Positions 1-6,624 of a DNA stretch of 51,079 nt are shown here, piece by piece. The notes under the pieces were generated by a model. That model had not been told where the DNA came from, did not search any database, and saw only the letters and a list, made by a program, of their open reading frames with translations. Position 1 is the stretch's first letter. The number at the start of each line of letters is the position of its first letter. Position numbers and translations under genes: made by a program. The stretch comes from a virus (lineage: Duplodnaviria; Caudoviricetes): positions 1-51,079 of IMG/VR virus record IMGVR_UViG_3300028198_000454; one strand, written 5' to 3'.

Positions 1-879
1 AAGTATGACGTTTCTAGTTTTGTCAGTATATTGCAACGCCTCTCGACTCGCAGAGATTTCTAAATCGCCAATCCCGAAATCAATTACAATTCCCGCCGAG
101 ATCATATCTGCCCGATAGTCTTGCCAATTTAAGTTTAATGCGTCCGAGTCCAAAGGGTAAGCAATGTTTCCCATAATCGCAAAAGAATCGCCTTTAACCA
201 GTTTCCAGTTGTCTTTCTGAATGACAACTTCTGACTGTTTCAAATCTTCTGCCAACTGATCTCCGCTCACTCCGCGAACATTTGGAACAACCTTAAAATG
301 TTTGAACAAACGAGTTGCTTTTGTGTAAAACTCTCCAAAATCATCAGATTTTACTGGAATGACAATCTCGATACCGTTTTCTTCCTTGGTATCTTCGCTG
401 CCCATTTTAGAGATTTGCCCTACGTCTGATGGATCAATGAAAGCGTTGTAAGTTGTTTTCGTTCCCTTAACGTATGAGTTAATTACGAAGTTGTCTCCAT
501 AAGCAAACGCCGATTTGCAACCTAGTCCTAATTGACCAATTTGCTCGTTTGTGCCGCGCTTGGTTGACTCACCGTACATTGCGTAAATGTTAGCGATCTC
601 ATCTTCTGTTAAACCGCGCCCAAAATCCCTTACCTTAAATTCGGGAGTTAGCAGACTTGGCAGAGTCACTTTAATAGGAACATCTGCCTTGCCCATTTCT
701 GTATGAGCATCCACGGCATTGCATGAGTATTCCCGAATGACTGCCAGAACCTTATCTGAATAGAGTTGATTTCGCAGGACATTAAAGATATGGGACAAGC
801 CCGATTCTTTGATTCCGAATTGAAACGATTTGAAATCGTCGGACTGTTTTAATGTTGTTTGTTTTGGCGTAGTAATCAT
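1..879 (-). CDS. rIIA-like protein, N-terminal GHKL/HSP90-type ATPase domain (runs off window edge)
   Basis: Hand-translated from ATG at 879: MITTPKQ...IFNVLRNQLYSDKVLAVIREYSCNAVDAH...RDFGRGL...STKRGTNEQIGQLGLGCKSAFAY, i.e. GHKL motifs in rIIA-type context. Not in the ORF track. Confidence 0.85.
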   Translation of the reverse strand, partial: MITTPKQTTLKQSDDFKSFQFGIKESGLSHIFNVLRNQLYSDKVLAVIREYSCNAVDAHTEMGKADVPIKVTLPSLLTPEFKVRDFGRGLTEDEIANIYAMYGESTKRGTNEQIGQLGLGCKSAFAYGDNFVINSYVKGTKTTYNAFIDPSDVGQISKMGSEDTKEENGIEIVIPVKSDDFGEFYTKATRLFKHFKVVPNVRGVSGDQLAEDLKQSEVVIQKDNWKLVKGDSFAIMGNIAYPLDSDALNLNWQDYRADMISAGIVIDFGIGDLEISASREALQYTDKTRNVIL

Positions 880-890
880 AACCTGCAAAC

Positions 891-919
891 AGTCTAATTT
901 AATTCTGGAGCAATGTCAA
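891..919 (-). promoter_or_regulatory. sigma70-type promoter for rIIA-like gene
   Basis: TTGACA-17 nt-TAGACT, A/T tract upstream, 11 nt before the ATG. Confidence 0.75.
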
Positions 920-958
920 CCCCTTTTCTAAAAAATTTATCAGTTAATTTTTATAGAT

Positions 959-988
959 AAAAAAACCCCCGCTTTCGCAGGGGTTTTT
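959..988 (-). terminator. Intrinsic terminator closing non-coding locus 1 (possibly bidirectional)
   Basis: - strand AAAAACCCCTGC-GAAA-GCGGGGGTTTTTTT, GC stem plus U-run. Confidence 0.8.
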
Positions 989-992
989 ACTT

Positions 993-1251
993 TAACTTTT
1001 GGAAGTTAACTTTTAACTTTTGAGTGCCTTTAACTTTTGTAAACTTTTGAGAAGGAATAACTTTTGTCGTGGATTAACAAAAAATCTTTTATGAAGATAG
1101 GAAGTTTAACCTACTTCATCTATAAGATTAAAAACTAACTTTTGATTCTTAATTTAACTTTTGAATTATAATAAAAATCTTTATAAAGATAGGAAGTTTA
1201 ACCTACTTCATCTATAAGATTAAAAACTAACTTTTGATCCTCTAACTTTTG
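993..1251. repeat. TAACTTTTG 9-mer repeats with variable short spacers, interleaved with hairpin modules
   Basis: Exact copies at 993, 1014, 1031, 1058, 1136, 1155, 1228, 1243; near copies at 1007 and 1041. Confidence 0.9.
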
Positions 1252-1309
1252 CTCTTCAAAAAAAACCTTTATGGAGATAGGAAGTTTAACCTACTCCATC
1301 TATAAGGTT
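1083..1309. repeat. Three copies of a ~46-nt stem-loop module
   Basis: Copies at 1083-1129, 1176-1221, 1264-1309. Core TAGG-AAGTTTAA-CCTA; compensatory changes ATGAAG/CTTCAT to ATGGAG/CTCCAT and AATCTT/AAGATT to AACCTT/AAGGTT. Confidence 0.9.
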
Positions 1310-1504
1310 GGTTTTTGGCGCGCAATAATTCGTCGCTGGCTTTTGTGGTCTATACCTACCATTCGTTTCCATTGGTTTTTGTTGATCACTTTTAGTTTTT
1401 GATAGAGACTGGACTAAACCATCTATCTAAAGCTAGGAAACCTAACCTACTCTAGCTACGGTTATATTATTATATAATAGTCGATGTAAAAAATCCAAAA
1501 AAAA

Positions 1505-1687
1505 TTACTCGTTCGTAAGTTTATTTTTTTCGTTTTTCGATTCGACAAAATTTACAAATTCATAAAACTCATTTTTATCATCATAAAAATAAAAAATTTT
1601 ACAATCTTCTCCTTCAAAAAAGTAATTGTTTTGAGTCATGTCAATGAACTCATTGTTTTCCGCTGAATATGAAAGTGTTTTAGTCAT
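1505..1687 (-). CDS. hypothetical protein
   Basis: 60 aa ORF co-oriented with neighbours. Confidence 0.55.
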   Translation of the reverse strand: MTKTLSYSAENNEFIDMTQNNYFFEGEDCKIFYFYDDKNEFYEFVNFVESKNEKNKLTNE

Positions 1688-1731
1688 GTCATTTATTTGG
1701 CCCTTTCGCGCTCACGTTTATTTGGCGTTTT

Positions 1732-1908
1732 CTATTTCCTAATTACACTACAATCGCACGGGGTTCCGACTACTCTCAAGACTTTTCCGTCAATCGTTTT
1801 ATTTGGCAGATTTTCTTTCGCGATTGGAGTGAATTTGCTTTTGCGCCAAGGATAAGCTCTGCCCTTGAACTCGCGGGGGATAAACTTATTTGGCGTTTCT
1901 TCATTCAC
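1732..1908 (-). CDS. small hypothetical protein
   Basis: Hand-read 58 aa GTG-start ORF (MNEETPNKFIPREF...) abutting the upstream stop. Confidence 0.4.
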   Translation of the reverse strand: MNEETPNKFIPREFKGRAYPWRKSKFTPIAKENLPNKTIDGKVLRVVGTPCDCSVIRK

Positions 1909-2100
1909 TTATACATCTTCTCCGTGAATTAGTTCTCTGAAATCTTTTATTCTTTTTTCTAATGCCTCTGAGTTTTTCATAATATGAGAGTTATATATAT
2001 GAATATCAGATAGACAGGACAATACCTTATCTTGAAACTCAAGGGCGGGGTCATGCTCTGGGTCGTAAAAATCTCCCTCTTCTGCTATTTTATTTGGCAT
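1909..2100 (-). CDS. hypothetical protein
   Basis: 63 aa ORF, tightly packed. Confidence 0.65.
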   Translation of the reverse strand: MPNKIAEEGDFYDPEHDPALEFQDKVLSCLSDIHIYNSHIMKNSEALEKRIKDFRELIHGEDV

Positions 2101-2199
2101 TTAACCGTTAATCATTAGCCAGTTGCCTACTACAATCCCGACTATAATAGATGTAGCGATAACGACCCCTATCCAAATTATTTTATCTTTATTTGACAT
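2101..2199 (-). CDS. small membrane peptide
   Basis: Hand-read MSNKDKIIWIGVVIATSIIVGIVVGNWLMING fills the gap between two genes. Confidence 0.6.
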   Translation of the reverse strand: MSNKDKIIWIGVVIATSIIVGIVVGNWLMING

Positions 2200-2203
2200 T
2201 TTC

Positions 2204-2446
2204 TTATTCGTAAATTACTTCGTAGTCTTCAATAATAGAGTTATATAAAAGTTTATCAATTGCTTCTTGTATATTTTTCTTAACGTCATCTTCGGGGCCG
2301 TCTTCTAGTTTTATTTCAATATATCTACCTATACTGACCTTATCGAGGTATTTTACGCCTATCTTCTCCAAGTTTCGCTTAACAACGACTCCTTGAGGGT
2401 CAAGAGTGTTTGACTTGGGTCGCGTCATTACTCTAGCTTTTTTCAT
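2204..2446 (-). CDS. purS: phosphoribosylformylglycinamidine synthase subunit PurS
   Basis: LDPQG...V.IGRYIEI...KLLYNSIIEDY signature; start taken at MKKARV. Confidence 0.9.
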   Translation of the reverse strand: MKKARVMTRPKSNTLDPQGVVVKRNLEKIGVKYLDKVSIGRYIEIKLEDGPEDDVKKNIQEAIDKLLYNSIIEDYEVIYE

Positions 2447-2447
2447 A

Positions 2448-2708
2448 CTAAAATGCTCCGTACGCAACCAGTAACACAGCCATGATAATCTGCCCTATTG
2501 TCCAAGCTATCATGATGGGTCGGAGTTCTTGCTGAAACCACCCCCAAATAAATAGCACAAGGCTTCCTACCCCTGTGATACAAGTACCTACAAGGCATAG
2601 CATGCCAAAAACCATATTTTCAGTCCACAGTTCCTTTAAAACAGCTATAAAACATATTATGTTTACGATACCTGTTATTACCAATAATATTAATGTTAGT
2701 GTTTCCAT
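2448..2708 (-). CDS. small multi-pass membrane protein
   Basis: 86 aa with about three hydrophobic segments. Confidence 0.7.
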   Translation of the reverse strand: METLTLILLVITGIVNIICFIAVLKELWTENMVFGMLCLVGTCITGVGSLVLFIWGWFQQELRPIMIAWTIGQIIMAVLLVAYGAF

Positions 2709-2718
2709 ATTAAATTTT

Positions 2719-2916
2719 TTACCATTTATGAATTATATTAGCCACAATGAAAAAACAAGTAATTACATTTACTAGTAAGATAAAACTACGTAAAAAAAGA
2801 CTAACTTGGGCTTGACCCAAGGAAAGGATAGGTATGTCGGGTTCGTCGTCATCTGTTTTTCCGATTCTGTGATCTACCGTGCGAGCCCATATTAGCCAAA
2901 ACTTTTTAATCATCAC
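2719..2916 (-). CDS. hypothetical membrane protein
   Basis: 65 aa, C-terminal hydrophobic helix. Confidence 0.65.
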   Translation of the reverse strand: MMIKKFWLIWARTVDHRIGKTDDDEPDIPILSLGQAQVSLFLRSFILLVNVITCFFIVANIIHKW

Positions 2917-3156
2917 TTACGAAACCGACAATGGAGCGCTTATTGGAACGGGCGGGGAACAGACATCGTCGACCATCCTTACTATCGCTTTAGTCTCGTT
3001 TACCACACCTAAAGAGAGTCCGCCAAAATTCCTTCTTCTTAAGCTTTTTAGTGACTCTACTTGTTTATCGCTAAGATGCACTTCATAAGCTCTTACGGGG
3101 GTATTGTCGGGTAAGTCTTTGGATAAAAGATAAGGGTCTTTCGGGCAGATCGGCAT
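2917..3156 (-). CDS. hypothetical protein
   Basis: 79 aa ORF, tightly packed. Confidence 0.6.
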   Translation of the reverse strand: MPICPKDPYLLSKDLPDNTPVRAYEVHLSDKQVESLKSLRRRNFGGLSLGVVNETKAIVRMVDDVCSPPVPISAPLSVS

Positions 3157-3163
3157 AACAAAT

Positions 3164-3379
3164 TTACTTTGGAGCCTTGATAAAGTTAGCTACTTCTTCC
3201 ATAGCTTTTGTGGCTTGGGATAGCTTGTATTCTTGCGCCGGGGTTAACGTTTTATTTGGGTCTTTCGCGCTTGTAATTAAAAGAATTAAACATACCGTGT
3301 TGATTAGACAAAGTAGGAAGTTGACCCAACCAAGAACCTTTATTTGCCCCAAGTCCTCTCTTGTCGCTGGCAGTATCAT
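3164..3379 (-). CDS. hypothetical membrane protein
   Basis: One hydrophobic helix; ATG start at MILPATR preferred. Confidence 0.6.
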   Translation of the reverse strand: MILPATREDLGQIKVLGWVNFLLCLINTVCLILLITSAKDPNKTLTPAQEYKLSQATKAMEEVANFIKAPK

Positions 3380-3413
3380 CTTATTTATTATATGTTTAAG
3401 CAGTCGAAAACTC

Positions 3414-3447
3414 AAAAAGAAAACCCCGCTCCGAAGAGCGGGGTTTC
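3414..3447 (-). terminator. Intrinsic terminator closing array locus 2
   Basis: - strand GAAACCCCGCTC-TTCG-GAGCGGGGTTTTCTTTTT. Confidence 0.9.
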
Positions 3448-3476
3448 TATGAGGACTACTTACTGGGGGGGAATTT

Positions 3477-3791
3477 TAGATTTTGGTTCTTATTAGATTT
3501 TGTTTATTTAGATTTTGTTTCCCTTTAGATTTTGGTAATTAATAGATTTTGTCTGTTTTTAGATTTTGTTAGGAAATAGATTTTGTCCCTCATTAGATTT
3601 TGTGCTCTATATTAGATTTTGAGTTTTATTAGATTTTGTTAAGTATTAGATTTTGCCTGCTTTTAGATTTTGCCCCTCATTAGATTTTGTAAGAGAATAG
3701 ATTTTGTCAGATTTTAGATTTTGACAGACAATAGATTTTGTCCTTCATTAGATTTTGCCCCTCATTAGATTTTGTAAGAGAATAGATTTTG
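3477..3791. repeat. Regularly interspaced array: 19 x TAGATTTTG with variable spacers
   Basis: 19 exact 9-mers; 16 spacers of 8 nt, one of 6 nt, one of 10 nt (17-nt period). Confidence 0.97.
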
Positions 3792-3817
3792 TATATGATC
3801 TGCATAACTAAAGAATT

Positions 3818-3878
3818 AAAGCTCTATCGTATGTGGTCAGGAATCTAGTAACCGTGCCTCATCTATGATAGAAACTTT
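3818..3878 (-). other. Stem-loop leader of the array
   Basis: - strand AAAG..TCTATCATA...TACGATAGA.CTTT outer stem; inner GGTTA-CTAGATTCC-TGACC; loop TAGATT is complementary to AATCTA of the repeat. Confidence 0.6.
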
Positions 3879-3884
3879 ACTCTT

Positions 3885-4070
3885 TTACTTCTTGCTCTTA
3901 CGCTTCCTAAACTTAAGCGTTTGCGAATCAGAGGCTACAGCAAACGTTGCCTTGGGGGCAGCAACGTACTCTGAACGATGCTGATTGAACTTACGCAGCT
4001 TCTCTACAGAATCAACCTGAAGATTGCCGCCGGACTGAGTTACGTTAACACGGTATGTAGTATTTCTCAT
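3885..4070 (-). CDS. small basic protein upstream of repeat array
   Basis: 61 aa, beta-strand-like alternating pattern, KFRKRKSKK tail, own promoter. Confidence 0.75.
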   Translation of the reverse strand: MRNTTYRVNVTQSGGNLQVDSVEKLRKFNQHRSEYVAAPKATFAVASDSQTLKFRKRKSKK

Positions 4071-4078
4071 ACAATTAT

Positions 4079-4106
4079 ATTATAGCGGCGAAAAACAGTT
4101 TGTCAA
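4079..4106 (-). promoter_or_regulatory. sigma70 consensus promoter
   Basis: TTGACA-16 nt-TATAAT with upstream A-tract; ATG 8 nt after the -10. Confidence 0.8.
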
Positions 4107-4261
4107 ATTTTTTTTTGGTTTTTTTCATATTCCTCTATTATTATTTTTCCCTCTTCTTTAGTGACACCGAACTTGTGCCAATACTCCTCGTACCAGTTGT
4201 CCTCCATGTGTCCAAAACACTTGAGAATTTTCATTAATAAAAGTTTCCAGTCGGGCTCCAT
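4103..4261 (-). CDS. small hypothetical protein
   Basis: Hand-read 52 aa MEPDWKLLLMKILKCFGH..., TAATG-coupled to upstream gene. Confidence 0.55.
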   Translation of the reverse strand: MEPDWKLLLMKILKCFGHMEDNWYEEYWHKFGVTKEEGKIIIEEYEKNQKKI

Positions 4262-4773
4262 TATTGTCGCTCTATCCATTCACATAATCTTTCATAGGAT
4301 AGTTTGTCCTTGCGTTCGTAAAATTCGCAGCTAAAAAGATATCTAGGTTTTTCGAAATTGTATACGCAATGGAGACGTTGGGCGTTGAAAGCGTAAAATG
4401 TATCAGGCTCGTAATCTAACTCTACAAAATGTCCGTTACTTCCAAGAGGAACTTGATGGTCATCAGGAGAGGGTGTGGCGAAGAAAGTATGACTTTTCCC
4501 ATGAGACAATAACATATTTATGCCGCACCCCCGATTCGTATCCACATGCCAGTTATAATTGAAGTAAGGAGGTATTCGCATGAGGCCTATTCTATCGATA
4601 TGGAATTCCTCGTTTAAAGCGCAAAGTTGTGTTTCTTGCCTCCATATTTCCTGAGAAATAGGGGTAACCGACCACCCATAATAGTCCATCCATGACTGAT
4701 TAACGGCCTCTTTCCAGCGAGAAGAAATTGCGATGGATTTATCTTTAAGTTTTCTGTAAAATTCAGAATGCAC
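4261..4773 (-). CDS. cupin/2OG-Fe(II) oxygenase-like protein
   Basis: WHVD ... LHCVYN..PRY HxD...H metal triad pattern. Confidence 0.55.
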   Translation of the reverse strand: MHSEFYRKLKDKSIAISSRWKEAVNQSWMDYYGWSVTPISQEIWRQETQLCALNEEFHIDRIGLMRIPPYFNYNWHVDTNRGCGINMLLSHGKSHTFFATPSPDDHQVPLGSNGHFVELDYEPDTFYAFNAQRLHCVYNFEKPRYLFSCEFYERKDKLSYERLCEWIERQ

Positions 4774-4777
4774 TGTC

Positions 4778-4936
4778 TTAAAAACTCACTTTTAAAACAT
4801 CAATGGTCGGGGATGGCTCCTCTTCGGCCTTCGAAAAAGGAGAAGTAAAGTTATCTTTTTCTGGGAACCAGCGCCACTTAGTCGTGTGACAGCCGGAGCA
4901 TAAAATAAAAATTAAACTTAAAACAAAAGCTTTCAC
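4778..4936 (-). CDS. small lipoprotein-like peptide
   Basis: Hand-read GTG-start MKAFVLSLILFLCSGC..., hydrophobic leader ending in SGC. Confidence 0.5.
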   Translation of the reverse strand: MKAFVLSLIFILCSGCHTTKWRWFPEKDNFTSPFSKAEEEPSPTIDVLKVSF

Positions 4937-5304
4937 TTTTTGCCTCCAGTGTATTCGACGGCATGCCCTTCTGATATTAGTATATCGTTATAACTTTCTG
5001 CCATTAACATATCGTTATGACTTAATGGGTAGAGAGTTCCGAGTAGTCTGCCGTATTTTCCTTTTTTATCAATGGAAGTCTCGACAATGAACTCGTCTTC
5101 GCCGTCCTTAATAAGCTCTGTAAGGCGAGCTTTGGCCGCTAGACCCCTCTTCTTTTCTTCTTTGTCTCTTGTTCTGCTTTCGGGCGCGTCGATACCGTAG
5201 AGGCGAATTCTTTCCTTTTTGAAAGTGCTGAAACCGCAGTCAATGAGAGCGTCGACAGTGTCTCCGTCTACAATCTTAATAAGCTTTGCTTTATACTGAT
5301 ACAT
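4933..5304 (-). CDS. thermonuclease (SNase-like)
   Basis: VDGDTVD, IRLYGIDAPES, KYGRLLG motifs; start taken at MYQY. Confidence 0.9.
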   Translation of the reverse strand: MYQYKAKLIKIVDGDTVDALIDCGFSTFKKERIRLYGIDAPESRTRDKEEKKRGLAAKARLTELIKDGEDEFIVETSIDKKGKYGRLLGTLYPLSHNDMLMAESYNDILISEGHAVEYTGGKK

Positions 5305-5458
5305 CTGAATCTTTCCCAAGTTTTGCCGCCAGTTCCTCAAGAGATATTACGATATCGTTTATTAGATATTCCGTTTCCTTTTTTTCTTCTTCGTCCATGT
5401 GGCGAAGATCGATAGCTAAAAGTTCCTCGATCATATCATATATTTTATCATTTTCCAT
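5291..5458 (-). CDS. small acidic hypothetical protein
   Basis: Hand-read 55 aa MENDKIYDMIEELL... Confidence 0.55.
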   Translation of the reverse strand: MENDKIYDMIEELLAIDLRHMDEEEKKETEYLINDIVISLEELAAKLGKDSDVSV

Positions 5459-5482
5459 AATAGTAGACAAATGTTTTTACAC

Positions 5483-5510
5483 AAAAAAGAGCGGCTAAAG
5501 CCGCTCTTTT
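5483..5510 (-). terminator. Intrinsic terminator closing non-coding locus 3 (bidirectional form)
   Basis: AAAAAAGAGCGGC-TAAA-GCCGCTCTTTT. Confidence 0.88.
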
Positions 5511-5670
5511 CGTATTGGTTTTTGATAATAGACTAGATTAAACCATCTAAAGCTAGGAAACCTAACCTACTCTAGCTACAACTGTCTTTGGGCTCTACTG
5601 TCTTTGAGGGTATCTATAATGTCCTTTGATTTAGAATCCTAGCACCTATCGTTTTATAAAGATGAGAGAA
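5511..5670 (-). ncRNA. Putative non-coding RNA locus 3, related to locus 1
   Basis: 5545-5579 is identical to 1425-1459 (35 bp); also TGGTTTTTG at 5516 and CTGTCTTTG at 5582 and 5598. Confidence 0.45.
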
Positions 5671-5673
5671 CAG

Positions 5674-5862
5674 TCAACTCACTCTATCTATCAATAAAAA
5701 ATCGCTTACTTCGGTAACATAAACTTTTTTCTTTCTGCACTTCTCGCACTGTCCCTTCTCCCATGATCCGCATTTTGAAGTTATCCGAGGTTCGCGCTTT
5801 TCTTTTTTTGCGAGCCTCGTCTCTTTCCTTTGGGATTTTTCGCCGCATGCGTAACAAATCAT
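5674..5862 (-). CDS. small zinc-finger protein
   Basis: CYAC...CEKC pairs. Confidence 0.6.
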   Translation of the reverse strand: MICYACGEKSQRKETRLAKKEKREPRITSKCGSWEKGQCEKCRKKKVYVTEVSDFLLIDRVS

Positions 5863-6617
5863 TTGGATTTCTTTTGGATTCTGTCGATGATCTCAAAAGC
5901 TGTTAGGCGGGGGATATCCTTTATGCTGCCCCAGCTTTTAGCTTCTTTGATGTTTTCGGAAATCATCTTATTCTTAACCTGCTCAAAAGATATATTATTT
6001 TCTTTTAAAACCGAGAGAAGGAAGGAGTCTGGTGACATGGCGCTTGCTGTGTTTGAAGTGTTAGTTGGCATCGTGTTATTTGAGGCTCGTTTCCCCTTGT
6101 TAGGAGCGATCTCTTCTTTAGCTACTATATTGATCTTTAAGAAGTTGCGTACCGCACGACAAAAAGAACGGTTCTCTGCTATAGCAGCAAGATAAATAGA
6201 ACCAAAACCATCTGTGTTGTTCATGCCTGCGTCAGCAGTTCCTTCAAAGTAAATTTCTTCACCCTCTGTCTCGTAGTTTCCAGCCCAAGTAATTCCGCAT
6301 TTCATGCAGACGTATTCTGGAGAAGCTGAAACAATATCGTACTTTACGGACTTAATACCTCTTATTTGAGCGACTTCTTTTAGTCCGGCCAAAAGAATAA
6401 TTAAATCTTTATCTTTTAGCTTTGTTACGTCTGTCTCGGAGGTATTGTCTCTGTTTGGGACGATATGGTTATTGTTTACCATCTTCCTCCAGTCGACTGT
6501 TCCGTCCTCTTGAAAGACATAGTTTGCTCCGTCAATCAGACCGTGCTCGTTTCTTTTTGTTATTTTCGGCGGCTTGCTTTTTGCCATAGAAGATGATTGT
6601 GCGCGTTTTCTGGGCAT
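5859..6617 (-). CDS. Rad52/Sak-like single-strand annealing protein (putative)
   Basis: EGTADA...AIAENRSFCRAVR resembles the Rad52-fold beta-beta-beta-alpha motif. Confidence 0.5.
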   Translation of the reverse strand: MPRKRAQSSSMAKSKPPKITKRNEHGLIDGANYVFQEDGTVDWRKMVNNNHIVPNRDNTSETDVTKLKDKDLIILLAGLKEVAQIRGIKSVKYDIVSASPEYVCMKCGITWAGNYETEGEEIYFEGTADAGMNNTDGFGSIYLAAIAENRSFCRAVRNFLKINIVAKEEIAPNKGKRASNNTMPTNTSNTASAMSPDSFLLSVLKENNISFEQVKNKMISENIKEAKSWGSIKDIPRLTAFEIIDRIQKKSK

Positions 6618-6624
6618 ATGTCAA

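Larger units (their letters stand above)
961..1460 (-). ncRNA. Putative structured non-coding RNA, locus 1
   Basis: ~500 nt with no ORF in the track, covarying hairpins, repeats and a terminator at the - strand 3' end; strand inferred from neighbours and terminator. Confidence 0.55.

Noticed and set aside
961-1460. tRNA, hammerhead or other known ribozyme
   Set aside because: Loops resemble a T-arm (GGTT...TCC) only superficially; I found no cloverleaf and no CTGATGA/GAAA core. An Rfam search is still needed.
3477-3791. CRISPR array
   Set aside because: 9-nt repeats and 8-nt spacers are far too short and there is no cas operon; the Cas4-like nuclease lies in the replication operon, as is common in phages.
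3477-3791. Repetitive protein-coding region
   Set aside because: The 17-nt period is not a multiple of 3 and stops recur; no ORF in the track.
5684-5896. Alternative-frame 70 aa ORF
   Set aside because: Overlaps the coupled zinc-finger ORF 5674-5862, which has the better motif and start.
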